The notes: generated by a model not told the origin, from the letters alone. Shown: positions 48,551-62,599, counted from the first letter of the stretch. The stretch: 64,000 nucleotides of DNA from Lama glama (GCA_028534125.1 CM052817.1:13580001-13644000); one strand, 5' to 3'. Translations and numbers: made by a program.

Positions 48551-49094
48551 TATTTCATTCTCTTCAAGGAGTTTATATATTTTGCCTGAGACTGTTGCTT
48601 CCAACCATAAATCAGAGTCACTATGCTTGATGAAGAAATGCATTTATGAAAATAATAAAATCCCAAAGCACAGACGTAGAATATATAACTACAGGCATTG
48701 CATTATTTTTTTATTCACCTTACAATGTTTTGCTCAATCATTTTAGGCTGACATTTATTATTACATTTCCTTTTCAATAGAACCAACCGAATACATTTGC
48801 TGAGAAATTCAGTGGCGTTATACTGGTCTCTGCTCTTCAGAAGACAAGAGGCTGCCGAGACACTGGTTTGTGGGAACCTCAGCTACAAATGCTCTTAGAA
48901 AGCCGGGCTGTGCTTGCCAACCAGTGCTCACCCTCCAGTGCCTTAGTCTCTTCTTACGGATATTGAGCATCTATTAATAGTCTAAACTACCATTTGCGGC
49001 CGAGGCAACATGTTAATGATTAAGAGATGAGGTTCCAATCCCGGCTCTGCAATTCACTACAGTTTATTTGCAGCCTCCTGCAGCTACTTTTGTT

Positions 49095-49335
49095 AAAGGC
49101 TCATTATGTTGCTGAATGCTCCTCGTGGGCCAAGGACTATTCCACGCACTTTACGTTAATCCCCTTAGCGGTCCCAAGATGGATGATTAATCCCATTCTA
49201 TGGAGGAGAACACTGAGTGAGCTCAGAGAGGAAAAATAAATTGAGAATAGCCATACAATTAATAAGCTTCAAAGCTCGCATTTGAACCCTGGGTGTCTCT
49301 GATTAACTGCCCATGTTTCAGTCACTACGTGACAC
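49095..49335 (-). mobile_element. MIR SINE
   Basis: taatcccattctatggaggagaacactgag...gcatttgaaccctgggtgtct. Confidence 0.7.
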
Positions 49336-49609
49336 TGTGGGACTAAAGAGGGGTGGTGACGTGGCTGTGTGGGAAACAGCATAGCATAGCTCTGTCGGAA
49401 GGGCCAGGCAGGCAGACTCTGTCCAACTCAACAAGGCATTGTTTCCTCAGTCCTGTCGAATTGCCGGTGATTTTGATTAGTAGCCCAGTCTAGAATCAAA
49501 TGTGCGAGGACATATTCTGAGGAGTGTTAGGCAGACTCTAGACAGAGAGAAGGATGGGAACCCTGATTCTGATGGCTGGAATGAGGACTGAATTAGTAAG
49601 TGAGTCAAG

Positions 49610-49730
49610 GTAATCACAGGATGCCTTAGCTGGTTGCATCACCTGAGACTAAGCTTCCTCCCTGTTCTATAAAACGGGAATAATCACACCTAACTCGCGG
49701 GGTGGTTGTGACCAAATGTGTGAAAATAGG
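49610..49730 (+). mobile_element. MIR core
   Basis: ctataaaacgggaataatcacacctaactcgcggggtggttgtg. Confidence 0.65.
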
Positions 49731-50689
49731 TACCCTCTCAGCTCCCTTCCTGTGTGCACAGACTCCCCGCAGCCCCCAGCCCTACCCTCCGTCTAACACT
49801 CTCCAGCACTGTCTCAGCATTCCAGGGGACATGACTTCCACCCAGGCCATGGTGTCGTGGAGGACGACAGACACACCTTGAACGTGATGGCCACTGCATT
49901 TCCACAGACAGAGAACTTATCTGCTCCTCAGAAGCAACCACGTCCATGTCACTCACTGTGACTAGTGGGCCTGAGAGGGGATTACAGCCACCTCAGTGAC
50001 TGAGAAGCTGGTCCTAACAAGGCATCATGGAACCTCTACTTTAGCTTCACTAGACAATGAAAAACTTCAGTGACTTATCTTCTTTTTATCAGCCCAGATA
50101 TCTTCTTTTCCAATGCAAATCCACAGAGAATCCACAGAGGCCATAACAATGCCCCATCCTCATCCTGGCAGAGACCAAAAAGGCTGCGGGGTAGCCTGGG
50201 GGATGCTTCCCCCAGCCTTTGTGTGGCTCCAGGAGAACCAAGAGCCTGTCTAAGCCTCAGCTTACTCATCTATTGCCAGACAACCCTTCCCCTGACTTCC
50301 TCCCGAGATAAACCAAGATAAAGATAAGCCAGGAAGGTGTGGGGACAATATCTCATCATTTATCATATGTAAAAACACCTCCTACTTCTGAAGAACTGAA
50401 AATTCTGTGTTCAAAGGCTTTGTTTGCTAGATACCACCTTCCTTGCTAAACTTAAATTATATATTGCCTCTCTCAGATACAGTTAGATCCCCATGAACCA
50501 GCTCAACCAAGCTAAACGACTTCTCCAAAGATCACAGCTCAAATAGGGATGCACTGCAGAGAATCTCGGTCTCAGATCCTGTTCAGTAGAGTGTACTTCT
50601 CCAGTTTTACCACATGCCTGTACATCTCAGGGCATCTTCATCCACCAAAAGCCCATTTAGCTCTAATGCCTCTTTCTTTGAGGCATAGT

Positions 50690-50841
50690 CTATGAAACGG
50701 CTCAGGCATCACTTGGGAGGTGTTGATAATTGTTAAAATGCAGAGTGGCAAGCCCTATGCAGACCTGCTGATTCAGGACAGCAATTCAACAAGAACCCAG
50801 GTTCTTGACACATTGGCACAACAAAGATTGAAAGTCCTGCT
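50690..50841. mobile_element. MER5-like hAT-Charlie MITE
   Basis: gcatcacttggga...ttgttaaaatgcaga...cagacctgctgattcag...aaagattgaaagtcctgct. Confidence 0.6.
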
Positions 50842-50844
50842 TTG

Positions 50845-51105
50845 GAGATCATTCAACTCCCTCATTTTCCAGGGAGGGAAACTGAGCTTCAATCGAGTAA
50901 CTTTCAAGATCACCCCACAGCAGAATCCAGTTTAGATTCCAGAATTCCAGCTCAGCAGTGTAACCTCTGCCAGTATCATGAACCTCTCTGGGCCTGTTTC
51001 CACATCAGTCAAGTGAGGATACTCACAACTGCCTGCCTCCTTCTTGGTATAAATGTGGTGATATCTGTGAAAGCACTTGATTCATGTCAAAGCCTTATGC
51101 AAACT
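50845..51105. mobile_element. Back-to-back MIR fragments (- then +)
   Basis: ccctcattttccagggagggaaactgag...caagatcac; then aacctctctgggcctgtttccacatcagtcaagtgaggata...tgtgaaagcactt. Confidence 0.7.
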
Positions 51106-51584
51106 AACATGCATGCCATTATAGCAAACGAAACTAACTTGAATCCTCAAAGATTGTGCGTGGGGGGGGTGTGTGCGTAAGTTTCAGGTGCAGAACTGGG
51201 CCATATATGACAAATTCTGCCCTACTTAATTCAGAATGTAACCTAATTCTCAGACTAGTTGCCAGAAAAAGAACTCTTTCTCCTCTGAATCTCCGAAGGA
51301 TTCTTAAAATGGTTGGGCCCTCAGGGACTCACCGATGTGTTTCCACTGCCACAGAGTCAAAGCAGCCTGAGATCGTGGGGCTTTATGTCAAATGGTGTTA
51401 GATTTGGGGGCATGAGCTCAGGTAGACAGGCTACAGGGGACAGGTGGGCAGCCTTTCATTTTTTTAATTCCCAAGAGCCACTCAATCAAGTGTGATTTAG
51501 TGGGGAAAGAGAAAGAGATAGGAAAAGAAAAAGATTGGGGAAGAGGAAGAAGACAAAAGGAGGGAGGAAGGTTCTGTTGACAGT

Positions 51585-52040
51585 ATCCATTTATTCACTA
51601 AATGAGTATTTACTGAGCTATCTTATTGTTCAGGGAATAGTCATGATCAAGGCCGGCAAGGATCCCACCCTGAGTTGGTCCAGTGGTGATGGTGGAGAGG
51701 GAGGCACGAGAAAAAGCAAACAAATGACCTGGACAACTCGGAGTCATAAAAAGTGCTTTGAGGGACATATGGTTGGGTGGTGGGGTTCTATTTATGACTG
51801 GATGGTCAAGGTGGCCTGTCTTGAGATGAAAATTCAACCTTCAGGACAAGAAGCTGTGTGCAGACAAGGGGAAAGGGCTTCCCAGGCAATGCCAGTGCTC
51901 CAAGGAGCAGAGAAAGTGTGGTGAGTGAGCAAAGGAGGTAGAAGATGAGGTCGAAAAGGTTGATCCAAGTTAGTTCACAAGGCACCTCCTGGGTCGTGAT
52001 CAGAGTGTGGACATCAGTCTGAGTGCAGTAGGATGTTACT
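51585..52040 (-). mobile_element. L2 3' portion
   Basis: catttattcactaaatgagtatttactgagc...ggatggtcaaggtggcctgtc...ttcccaggca...agaagatgaggtc...tctgagtgcagtagg. Confidence 0.75.
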
Positions 52041-52999
52041 GCCAGTGCAACTAGTGATACACCTGAGAGTGGAAATTACAGTCTCAGAATCCCAGCACAG
52101 CAGCACAGGTTAACAGACTCAAAGCAGGGGAATAATAGCACCTTTCTTAGCTTTTATCCCCTACCTTTCATCCCTTCTTCCTTTCAGATGTTTATTAAAC
52201 ACGTGTTCACATCAGTTACTGTGTCTCTGTGAGCACCAGCATTTGGCTAACTTTCTTATTAAGTTCATCTCTGTGAATTAGTACCAGATGCCTGATCAAG
52301 AGCAATCAGTTGTCCCCCATTGCCAAGAGCAACTTTGGTTTGTTGTACTACAGAACCTGTACACGTAAAACTAGAATTTTTATCCAGCTGTATTGAATAA
52401 GAATCTTTAGGGGTGGGCCTGCCCATGGGTGACAAGAGATGCTGAGAACCATGCAAGCCTCTTCTCTGGTCCTTTCTCTGGGGTACCAACATCTCATCTC
52501 TGCTTCCTTAGCTACCCTTAGTCTTTAGGGATCAGTTCAAAGGCCCTCTTCTCTGACGTCAAGTCTCCATCAGCATCTCTAACTCAAACTACTCTGAGTG
52601 CTATTTCTGGATCTGAAGTCCTCACTGGTTGCCCTGTTCAGCTAAAGGATCCTGTCTTGAGGACTTGAGTTGATCCTTTATCATTTCATCCTCCCAGAAT
52701 CTCGTCTCCTGCTCTATATGCAGCAGAAACTTAAGAAATGGTTACTGCTGATGATAAAAATAACTTCAATACAGTGAAGCATCGACAAGGGTGCAAGGGT
52801 GTCTCAACTTTATTTTAGGATGGGAAGAAAAAAAATCACAACAGTAACAATGAAGCAATGACATTGATAAGGGTTCGTTTGTACTGGACACTTATTTTCT
52901 GCCAGATACTGGGCCAACTGCATGCATCATCTCAGAATCTAATTTGTTCCCCATCTAATCTCTACCAGCAAGACCTTGCATTTGATTCTGAAAAGGCCC

Positions 53000-53200
53000 A
53001 GGCTGGTGGGAAAGGCTCTCAGAAACTTGGATCACAGTTTCAGTTGAAGCACTGATTTACTAGAGTGGTCCTTTTCAAGCTCTCTGAGCCTCAGTTGACA
53101 CATTTGGAAAAACAGGATGATAAATCCTTGACTTTTCTCTTTTCCCAGGTTGGTGTGAGGATCAAATGAGGTGATATAGCAAGTGCTGTGCAAACACGTT
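53000..53200 (+). mobile_element. MIR SINE
   Basis: ctctctgagcctcagttgacacatttggaaaaacaggatgataa...ggttggtgtgaggatcaaatgag. Confidence 0.8.
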
Positions 53201-54029
53201 AAAGAAATCTAGACATAAACATGAAAAAGAAGAAAAATAATTCCTGTTTCTGGGGCAAGACCAGAATTCCAAAAGCAACCGATGGTTCACTTTCCTGTTC
53301 CAGAATTAGATATTTATCCGCAATATTGCCACGTTAATGAGTAAACCTGGACTTATCCAGAAACAGGTCATAAGTGAAAGAGAGTTTGAGTCCATGTAAT
53401 ACTGGAAGGCTGAAAAGCCCAGGGAAGCAAAATTCAGTAAGTATTGACCAAGGTCCTTCATTCTAGTTTGCTTTGACAATAACCTTTATTTTTCAATTAA
53501 TTAAGCCAGCGTTTCCCGGACTCAAATAACAGGCTAGACTTGGCAGAGCCCAGAGCTCGGCTGTCACCTCTGGCTCCTCTTGTCCACGCTGGCTCTGAGT
53601 GGGCTCTTCCATCCTAGAGTGCGAGATGCCACCCACCACACCTGGCTGGAGGGAGAATCTTTACCAGGCTTCCCCAGCAGGGCGTCTACCAGGAAAAGAA
53701 CTACAGTCCCAGCAAAACAGCCTTTCTGCCTCGTGCAGCTTTGCCAAAACGCACAATGAGGGATGTGGCTCTGGCAGGTAGGCCTGGGGGGGTCCCCCAA
53801 GACGAAGTGGGGCATATGATTTGAGTGTAAACAAAAAATCCCTTTTGTCTTCTTAATAACATCAGCACCACTGCCATTTGAAATCCCATTACTGGAGATG
53901 GCTCACTTTTTTGTTTTGTTTTGTTTTTAGCAATGATCATATTCCTGAGAATGGTAATCTTTAAAGTATCAATACTTCGTATCAGCTTGTCTCTGAGATC
54001 CCCTTTCTGACGGGCAGGAAGTTCCGGGC

Positions 54030-54195
54030 TTTATAGAACACACTCCAGGCTGTGTGTAAGGCCCTTTAACTGCATCATCTCTTTGACTCTCTGTCACACC
54101 TCTGCGTGGTAAGAGCTGAAGGGCAGAGGGGGACAGTATCTCCCCACGGGTCACCCAGTTGGCAGATGGCAGTGATGCTTTGAGCACATCTTCAT
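54030..54195 (-). mobile_element. MIR SINE (degraded)
   Basis: gcatcatctctttgactctc...ggtcacccagttggcagatggcag...tttgagcaca. Confidence 0.55.
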
Positions 54196-55297
54196 ATAAA
54201 TGTGGCCCCCCCTTTTTTTCCTATTACTCTTCACAGCTGTCTCAAATAAGGAGAGCATGATAATTATGATTTCTCGGAAGAGAGGACGAGGATGAGATAG
54301 ATTTAGGCCACTTTGAAAGTAATCCTTTGGAAATCCTGAAGTGACCCATTCCAATGTCTTTTGTAGCACCCAGACGTCCCGAAGAAAGTATGATTGCTCT
54401 TGTTAAAAAAAAGAATCAACCACCCTACATGCTCCTCTGACATTCTGTGTGGTAGGACCGGCCGTGGGGTCGTCCCGTCGGGCTTTCTGCCCACGTATTT
54501 CACTAACAGAGTGAAGCAGATTTCAACCACCACCAATTGAAGTACTGATTCTTCCCCCACTGGGGAAGGAGATTTCTAGGGAAATACGTTCTTTATCTGG
54601 AAGGTTCTTAGCCATTAGCTGGTGTGACTCCCTATTATCTTAGCTCCCTGTCTTACCTTTTGCCTTTTCTCTTGATTTTGAGCTACGATGCTGAGGAGAA
54701 AGTGAAAAGCTTGCCCAAAGTTTCATTTGACTCCTTTCCCGTGGATGTCTTATTTTGCCCGTATTTCCTGGCTAGAATGAGTAAGCCTGAGCTCATCTGA
54801 ATCTGCATGGCTGTTCTTTGACACTGGAAAACATTCCACTCATAGCCATTCTGCAATCAAGATCCCCAACCCATTGAGGAGAGATCTAACTGTATTTTCA
54901 GTGGCAATTTAACTCCAAGCTGATGCAATCAATACTCTGTACAAGCGAGTGTGATGCCATTAGAAGCTTTTCCCCTTTGTAAGTTTACAGATTTAGCTTT
55001 CCTAAGCAGTGCAGAGGCATGTGAGGTGGAAGCCAATGAGTTTATAGCCCCTGAATCACACAGTGCGGTTATTAATGCAATCATAGCCTTCTGCTCCAGA
55101 GCACTTACAAAACCGCCTGACTTCCCCAGACCGACTGGGTGCCAGAGGCCCACGGAGAAAACTAGCATCAAACGCAAGGTGCACAGCGTCGCTGCTGCAC
55201 TCTCTGCTGTGTTCACTCTACTTCCTTTCTGTTCTTCACTTCAAAGTACTCACACTGCTTTATGGAATACGGTTCTACAGTGATATGGGGCTCTGTT

Positions 55298-55677
55298 TGC
55301 TATGGATTGAATATTTGTGTCCCCTAAAACTCACACGTTGAAGCCCTCTAACCCCCAGTGTGTATTTGGAGATGGAGCCTTAAAGGAAGTAATTAAGGTT
55401 CAGTGAGCTCGTAAGGATGGGGCCCTGATCTGATAGGGTTAGTGTCCTTATAAGAAGAGGCAGCAGAAGGCACTCTCCCTCTCTCCGCCTTGCGTACACA
55501 GAGGACGCAGTGAGAAGGCAGCCGTCTATGCGCCATAAAGAGAGCCCTCACCAGAACTCGACCACACTGGCACTCTGATGTTGGACTGCAGCCTCCAGAG
55601 CTGTAAGAAAATAAATGTCTGTTGTTGAAGCAACCCAGTGTGTGGTTTTGTTATAGTAACCTGAGCTGACTGATACA
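55298..55677 (+). mobile_element. MaLR solo LTR (MLT1A0-like)
   Basis: tgctatggattgaatatttgtgtcccc...gtatttggagatggagcc...gtgtccttataagaagag...cagcctccagagctgtaagaaaataaat...gactgataca. Near-TSD ctgtt/cagtt. Confidence 0.93.
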
Positions 55678-56568
55678 CAGTTGATCTGGGAAATTCTAAA
55701 TATCTGAATCAATTTGGTAGAAGTGTTAGATGAATGATTCCAAAATCCTGGCAAAGGTGATTAGAATTAATATTACATTAATACTGAGGAGAGAACTTTG
55801 ATTATCTAGAAATGATTAAGGATATGATTTTTTTTTTAAGTCTCAAATGAGAACTAGCAGCTTCTGGTCAAGCAGTTTCCTTCCAAACAGAAGACTAAAT
55901 ACTAACGCTCTCTTCTCTCTTTCCCACAAACTCACTCATACACCTTCTTGAAGAGGCATCACTTACCACTGTTTAAAGGTAATAAAGTTTCAATGTAATT
56001 GAAACCAGATTAACAACACATTCTATTCATCTGAGTGTTGGGCCTGCAATACTGTGTTTTACTGAGTTAATGAGTTTACTTTCCTGATGGAAGAAGCAAG
56101 AACACGGGAGGAGAAAAATCTGGGCTTACTTAAGTGGTTGAAGATAGGACAATGGACTTGGAAACTGAGCAATCAAAAGTGTATACTCAGAAGGACCCAG
56201 GTTTCTTTCTTTCTTTCCTTCCTGTATTAAAGTATAAATGAAATGTGTTAAAAAGCAAATTTGGCTCTCCTACAGCATCAGTAATAAACACAAGCTTTGC
56301 TCACTATTACATTCCTCTGGGTGATAGGGTGCCTGGTACAGAGTGCACATTTTATAAATAGGTGTAAATGAATGATTATTAATGAACAATCTGGCTGTAC
56401 TATAAACATACTTCTTAATAAGAAAAAAGGAAAAACATATGCTTTTATTATTTCTCTATGACAAATTTCACAGTAGAAGAGACTGAAATGATAAACTTAA
56501 GTGTTTTAGCCATAAGTTATTTCAAGGTGTTTTTTTTCCCCTCAAAATGACAGTGATTCACAAAGAAC

Positions 56569-56591
56569 AAAAAAAAAAAAAAAAAAAAAAA
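56569..56591. repeat. Poly(A) run (A23)
   Basis: Uninterrupted homopolymer. Confidence 0.95.
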
Positions 56592-56999
56592 CAAAGGGAG
56601 ATTATGACTAAGCATTTTCATGGATTCAAGGAACAAAGTGCATTTACTTTTATTATTCCAATTTAGAATTACATCCTCACTGCCATCTCAAAACTCCTTT
56701 ATACAGTGACAGTGATGTCATTACTTAAGAATTCAATTATCACAATATAAAGTACTAAAGTTATTATTTATTCTTTCCTGGCCACCACCTTAAAAATATA
56801 GAATTTTACTATCTAGTAATAGAAGCCTTGACAAGAAGTAAATTCTGGTAAATTTAAGTAAATCAGAGCCCCTATATTTAACAGCTATAAGAAATCATAT
56901 GAAGTTCAGAAATACTGAGATTGTTTTCCCACTTAGAATTAATTTATAATAGAAGGCATATCTTTTGCTCTGTCCTAATAATTTTATATTAGATCAAAA

Positions 57000-57135
57000 A
57001 ATTAATTACTCATTTAATATCACAGCAATCCTAAGGGATGAGGACCCTGAACTTGTGTAACTTGCCAAGGTTACAAAGTTGTCAAATGATGAGGTATGGA
57101 TTTGAATCTTTGTCTGTTTGACTCAACGGTCTTTC
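57000..57135 (-). mobile_element. MIR SINE
   Basis: ctcatttaatatcacagcaatcc...taacttgccaaggttaca...ggatttgaatc...gtctgtttgactc. Confidence 0.75.
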
Positions 57136-58569
57136 TTTTCAGCCAATGAAGCGTGAGTTACCTTCCTCCTGTTTTCCACCCCCAGGGCTTCAGTGTCTCT
57201 CCTCAGGGATCCTCATAATGGCTTGTGCAGAACTTACTGCACTTCCCCCTTGTCTGTTTGACCCCTAATGACCAGATGCAACTTTAGACCTCCATATTAC
57301 GGGGACCTCGCAAAGCACATAGAAAATAATAAACACATTATGTAACAATAAATATAGTGTAATTGACAGAATGAATGGGTGGTGTTAATGAGGATCCAGC
57401 TCTAATATCCACATCCACACATGCTCAATCTAATCTTATCAGTGAACTCCCAAATCTGGTCTTCTTCATGAAGAGTCATCAAAAGAGAGTAAGTCATTAT
57501 GTCACCAAAAATGGGTCAGCCCAGATTCTTTCTCTCCTGGAAGTGTGATTTAGTCTCTGCTTTGTATAGAGTGGGTCATGCAGGTCAGCAGGTAGAGTCA
57601 CATGGAACATTTCCCTGTGTTTTTCTCAAGAAACAGACAACCTTTTGTGCAGGATTTAAGGAAAACATGCAGAAATCATAACTCGACATCCCCATTTCAA
57701 AGGTCTATGCACATCCGTTGATGTGATGTGTGTCTGCATACTCTCAGAGCAAAGCTATATTTATGAACAAATTTCAGCTCAAGTGAACACAAGTGCTCAA
57801 GATAAAAAATGGTAAAAAGAACATAAAAATCTGATAAGCTCCAAATAATAAACTGAGTCCACAGTCCATAAACAAGTCCACTGTCTAAGTTGCTCCAAAT
57901 TGACTTAGGATTCTGTACACATGGACAAAACACACTCTTTCTCTAAAGGAGGCTCAGTGGGGAAGATCTCTTAAAAACTTGCATTTCACTAAGCCTGAGA
58001 GCATGACATATGATATTTTGTGCAAACTGAACACTGAATTAATGTTTTTTGATGGAATGGTTGAGGTTTTAAAACCAATAGATACTAATTTAATGTATAT
58101 TCAAGTACTGTGCAGGGTGTAGAGATGATTAAATCCTCAAATAATTTATAGTTTGCTTTTATTCAATATGGCATGATCATCATGATAATGTAAAGAAGTC
58201 AATCAAGATAAAATTAAATAGCGATGACAGAAACATCGAGAGTACCACAGGCATTGTGGAGTAATTGGTCAACCATGCTAGTCAGGCAGCAACTGACTTA
58301 CAGGATGTATGTGGCATTCATAGGACTCTGACTGCCTCACGCCCATCCTTCCGGCAGACATCACTAATCAGCCATCAGGCTTTATGCTGCTGGGCCAAGA
58401 CGCAGCCCTCAAATCTTTCTCAATTCTATGTCTTTGGCAGCCAATTAGCTAGAGTTGGCTGGTAAGATGAAATCTATTTGTCACCCCTGTCTTACATTAT
58501 TCCTCACATGATATGGTTTGGATCCACTAATCCTATCGCTTACCACTTTCTTGGATTCTTGGCAGATGG

Positions 58570-58992
58570 TCTAGATTTTCTCATTTAACATCTACTTCAA
58601 GCTCCTTCTGTAGAGTCACAGTCACTCTTTGTTGCAGAGACAGGAAAGTTAAACAGTATCTTCTCCAGACTCCCTTGCAGCTAGAGATCTGTATTTCAGC
58701 TCCACTTGAATTAGGAACAGAGAGGAGAGACGCAGGGCTGGGGTAGAAACAGCATGGCTCTGTGATCACAGCTCCTGGATATGGGGTCCCATGTTGCAGT
58801 GGTCAGCTATGCTGACCATGGCAGAGGTGGGGTGAGTCTGGGAGCTGAGAGTTGTTCCTAGAAACCCCTCTTACATCTTGCTCCTTGAGCCCTTCTAACT
58901 AGTTTGTAAGCCATGTAACACCTGGTACTAAAATCCTTTCTTCTTAAATCTGATACAATGTTCCCGTTGTTTGTAATTGAACCCTGATCTTT
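58570..58992 (+). mobile_element. Old ERVL LTR (LTR16/LTR33-like)
   Basis: ccagactcccttgcagctagag and the 3' end aaatcctttcttcttaaatc...gtttgtaattgaaccctga. Confidence 0.5.
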
Positions 58993-59149
58993 ACCGCCTT
59001 TGTCGCTTCAAATAGCTTTTAATGTGAAGTCCGCGCAAAACCAGGAACAGGTTTCTACTTCCCTCTTATCTAGAAAATAGATTCTTGTGAACAGATACTA
59101 GTATAATGATACGCATTGAAAGACTTCAACCACCAAATCTGCAGCTAAG

Positions 59150-59250
59150 AGTCTGCTTTTGCACAGTTCCCTCCATCCCTCTGAGCCCCAGGTCCCTCAT
59201 CTGTAAAATGAGGGAAATGCCAGGCCACTTCCATCTCTAGCAATCTTTAC
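59150..59250 (+). mobile_element. MIR-family core
   Basis: ccctctgagccccaggtccctcatctgtaaaatgaggg. Confidence 0.8.
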
Positions 59251-60369
59251 ACTTGGGGAAATGATTTTCCACCACGTCTCTTTAAATAGTTAGTCATCCA
59301 AGAAATTTTTAAAATCTGCTTATCATCTACTCTGCAGCTTTCTTTCGCATAAAGTGAAATCATATTTTTCTTGAGTAAATATATTGATCACTTGAGAGAG
59401 AGAGGTGATTTGAAGCTACTTCTGAGATAGGCACCTCGTGGCTTAAGGAAATTTTAGGGTTCCTAATTTCCTTTTACAAATACAGAAGCTGAGGACCATT
59501 AAGGAGAAATTGCCTAAATTCATACATCTATGAAAGGACACTCATTTCTTATTCTAAATACAGTTACATCCTCCTTTCATTATTCCAATCTTACCAGAGA
59601 GAACAGAGGAAGAATATTGTACAAATTTGGGTGCTTACACTTTGAATGGAATGAAGGAGGTAAACTAAGGGTTTACATTTTTATTTCTCAGGAAAACTCC
59701 TTTCATATATGACCAGCTCTTGTGCCATGTTTCTTCGTCTTTTTGATACTTGTTCAGCTTCAGACATCTAACGCTTCATGTCTGTACATGTCTACACATG
59801 TTTATACAGGTCTAAATTTAATGATAAACTTTTTGTTAAGGATCTGCTTTCACATTCTCAGTGAACCATGATGTGCCGTGTATTACACAGGAATTCAGTA
59901 AGTATTGGCTATTATTTACTTAAACTACGTTTAAAAGCAAATAAACTTTTACCTCCATAAGGAGTCAAATGGATAAAAATTCAGAGTACTTTTCTTTTAA
60001 AGTTTGCTCTGACTTCATCATTATTGTTATGTAGTTATTGTTGTGTTATTTTTCCCCACCACCTTGGAGGTGATGTTCAAAAATGTATATTCACTGTAGG
60101 AGAATAAAGTAACAGATTAAAATTGAGAGATGAGTCAAAAATATAAAGAAATGTATTATAATTCTTTTAGTCTAGTCATATGAATGGGTTTTAAATTTGA
60201 CACTCAGCTTCCTAGCAGCAAAAACAAGAAGTAAACCATTGCACCTGTTAAAAAAAACAGTGCCTACTACATATAAATTTATATGGCACTTGAGAAGACA
60301 GTTTTTCCTAGAACTGAGTAGAATGAATGATATGGTGAAAAAAGCACTTAAGAGAAGTCAGAATAACAG

Positions 60370-60660
60370 AAATAATTACTAACATTTGCATAGCACCTAT
60401 AATATTAAAACCATTTTATATATATTAGCATTCACCTAAACCGCACAATAATTCTGATGTATGTTTATGTTTATTAACAGTGCTTCAGTTTTTAAAAGAA
60501 AGGAAGAGAAAGAGAAAGAAAAAAAGAAAGAAAGGGAGAGAGAAAGAAAGAAAGGGAGAGAGAGAGAGAAAGAAAGAGACAGCGACAGAGAGCGAGCAAG
60601 AATGAGAGTGAGAATGAATTAGGTTTGTCTGGATTCAAAGCCCATGCTTTGCTGCTGGGC
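60370..60660 (-). mobile_element. MIR SINE split by a purine-rich simple repeat
   Basis: actaacatttgcatagcacc...cacaataattctg; after the repeat, aggtttgtctggattcaaagcccatgct. Confidence 0.7.
60494..60612. repeat. GA/GAAA-rich simple repeat
   Basis: aaagaaaggaagagaaagagaaag...gagagagaga. Confidence 0.9.
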
Positions 60661-62599
60661 CACTTGTCTCCTCACCAACCAACTACATGACCCAGAGCAG
60701 GTTTTGTACACTCTTGCCCATGACCTTCAGTGCCCTTGATCTTCAGATACGGAATAATGATCCATGCCTTTCCTGCCATAAAGGGTTTTGGAGACATAAT
60801 GAGATGTATATGGAAGCCCTTTAGGGTATGATTGTAGTCATTGAAAATCCACTACTTACCCTGTATATCAATAATATTAATAACTATAATTAAATCACCA
60901 AACAGGATATAGAATTATCTAAAAGTAATGGTTGGATTTGCATATGGCCTAGGAGATATTGCTGGCTATTCTCAAATTCTCATGGTATTCTATGATTTCT
61001 GGCTTCAAATCATTTCAGGGTGTAGCCTGCATAGGATGAAAGAAGGGAGGCCAGTGTTTGCCAGAGATTATCTTAAGAGAATGCTTGCACAATGTGTCTC
61101 AGTTTTATCTTCTGAGAAAACTAGGATTCTTAATCCCTGAGCCAGGCAAGAATTACATTTGTACATTTCATCAGCCTATCACAAATTGCTACTACCTGGG
61201 CCTCCGGTTTCCTTAGTAACTAACCTTTCTCAGTAGGCGTTTAAGGGAAGTGTCCTAATGGATGTGTTGTAGGAAGGGTTCACGTGGCATTTACCAGATT
61301 GAGGAGAGTCACTTTCACGGTCCAGAGGACATGGTAGGCGGGGTTCCTAATGGCCAGTGAACTTTTTCCCCAGAACACAGATCCAGTGTGACACCTGTGA
61401 AACCTACCACCACACTCATTCCTGTGGAAAATAAGGTGCTTAATGGAGAAATGCACGGAAAAGGAAGATTTCTACTAAATTCAAAGGGCATTAGAGATTC
61501 CCTGCCCTTCCTAACAACTTGGCACTACTGAGTAGGAAGTTACAAGTTCCTCTGGAGGCAAGAATAAGTGCAGACTGTTTTCGTATTACTCCATTAATAA
61601 AAACTGATGAAGGAGACACAGGCAGTGTGGTTTTCCTTCAAGCAGATTTCAGTGGATGTATCAACTAAATTGAGAGAGAAAGGAAGACTTTGGACTGATC
61701 ATTTCCTAAATGCCACTTAATTGCAGAAGTAAGCAGTGGTATCTTTCTTAGAGGTTTATTACAGGACCACTTCAATAGAGCTATTTGGGAGCCAGGCATA
61801 CCTCTAAAATAATGTAAGCTGAATTAGCCCAGTATCTGTGGCCGACAAGAAGCATCAGAGCACTCAGTCCTGCTCTGTGTCTTTGACATCAAACAGCGTC
61901 TGGACGAGGTACGTTGATTTTCACCAGCATGACTATCAGCAGTTGCAGACACCTTCTTATTAGAGGAGGAAAGTGATGGACAAGCACAGCCTATGAAAAG
62001 ATTAACATTGCTTGGGTACAGTGCTGGGGATTAATCCTTCACAGCTGTGGGATGCCAGGCAAAACTGAAATCCAACCACCATGGAACATGTCAAAATCAG
62101 TAGGTCTATAGAAATCTCTAAATGATGACTTTGGCCAGAGGGAAAAGATTCCATTTACTGCCTGCTGTAGGGAGTTTGGCTGATAGCACTGAAGAGGGAA
62201 GAAAGGTTTAAAATAAGATATTTTTCATGTACACTAAAGCCATTATTCAAGAACAGCATAAGAGGACAGTCACAAGAGCAAATGGATGTCATGGTTCATA
62301 TCTTGGCTTCTGACAATAGGTGGCCATAGTAACTTCCGTAATTTTAAGTTAATTATATTTAGCAGTATGTGTTCACTGTCTTCTGTTTTCACAATGGCTA
62401 CCCTATAATGATATACACTTAGCATTTAACTTGTGGTTTTAGGCAGTGACTTATAGGCTTATATACAAATGGACATAGGTTAAGGTTTAGTTCTACAATG
62501 CTCAAATTGTATCTGCAAGAAAGAGTTTGGATGAGAATTGTTGAAAACTAGTATAAGCTAACTCATAAAGAAGACTGATTTATTAAAGTTCTTCCTCCT

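Noticed and set aside
61832..61914. Possible plus-strand exon (…SVLLCVFDIKQRLDE, donor GAG|GTACGT)
   Set aside because: No polypyrimidine tract at either possible acceptor, an in-frame stop just upstream, and the peptide is unrecognised.
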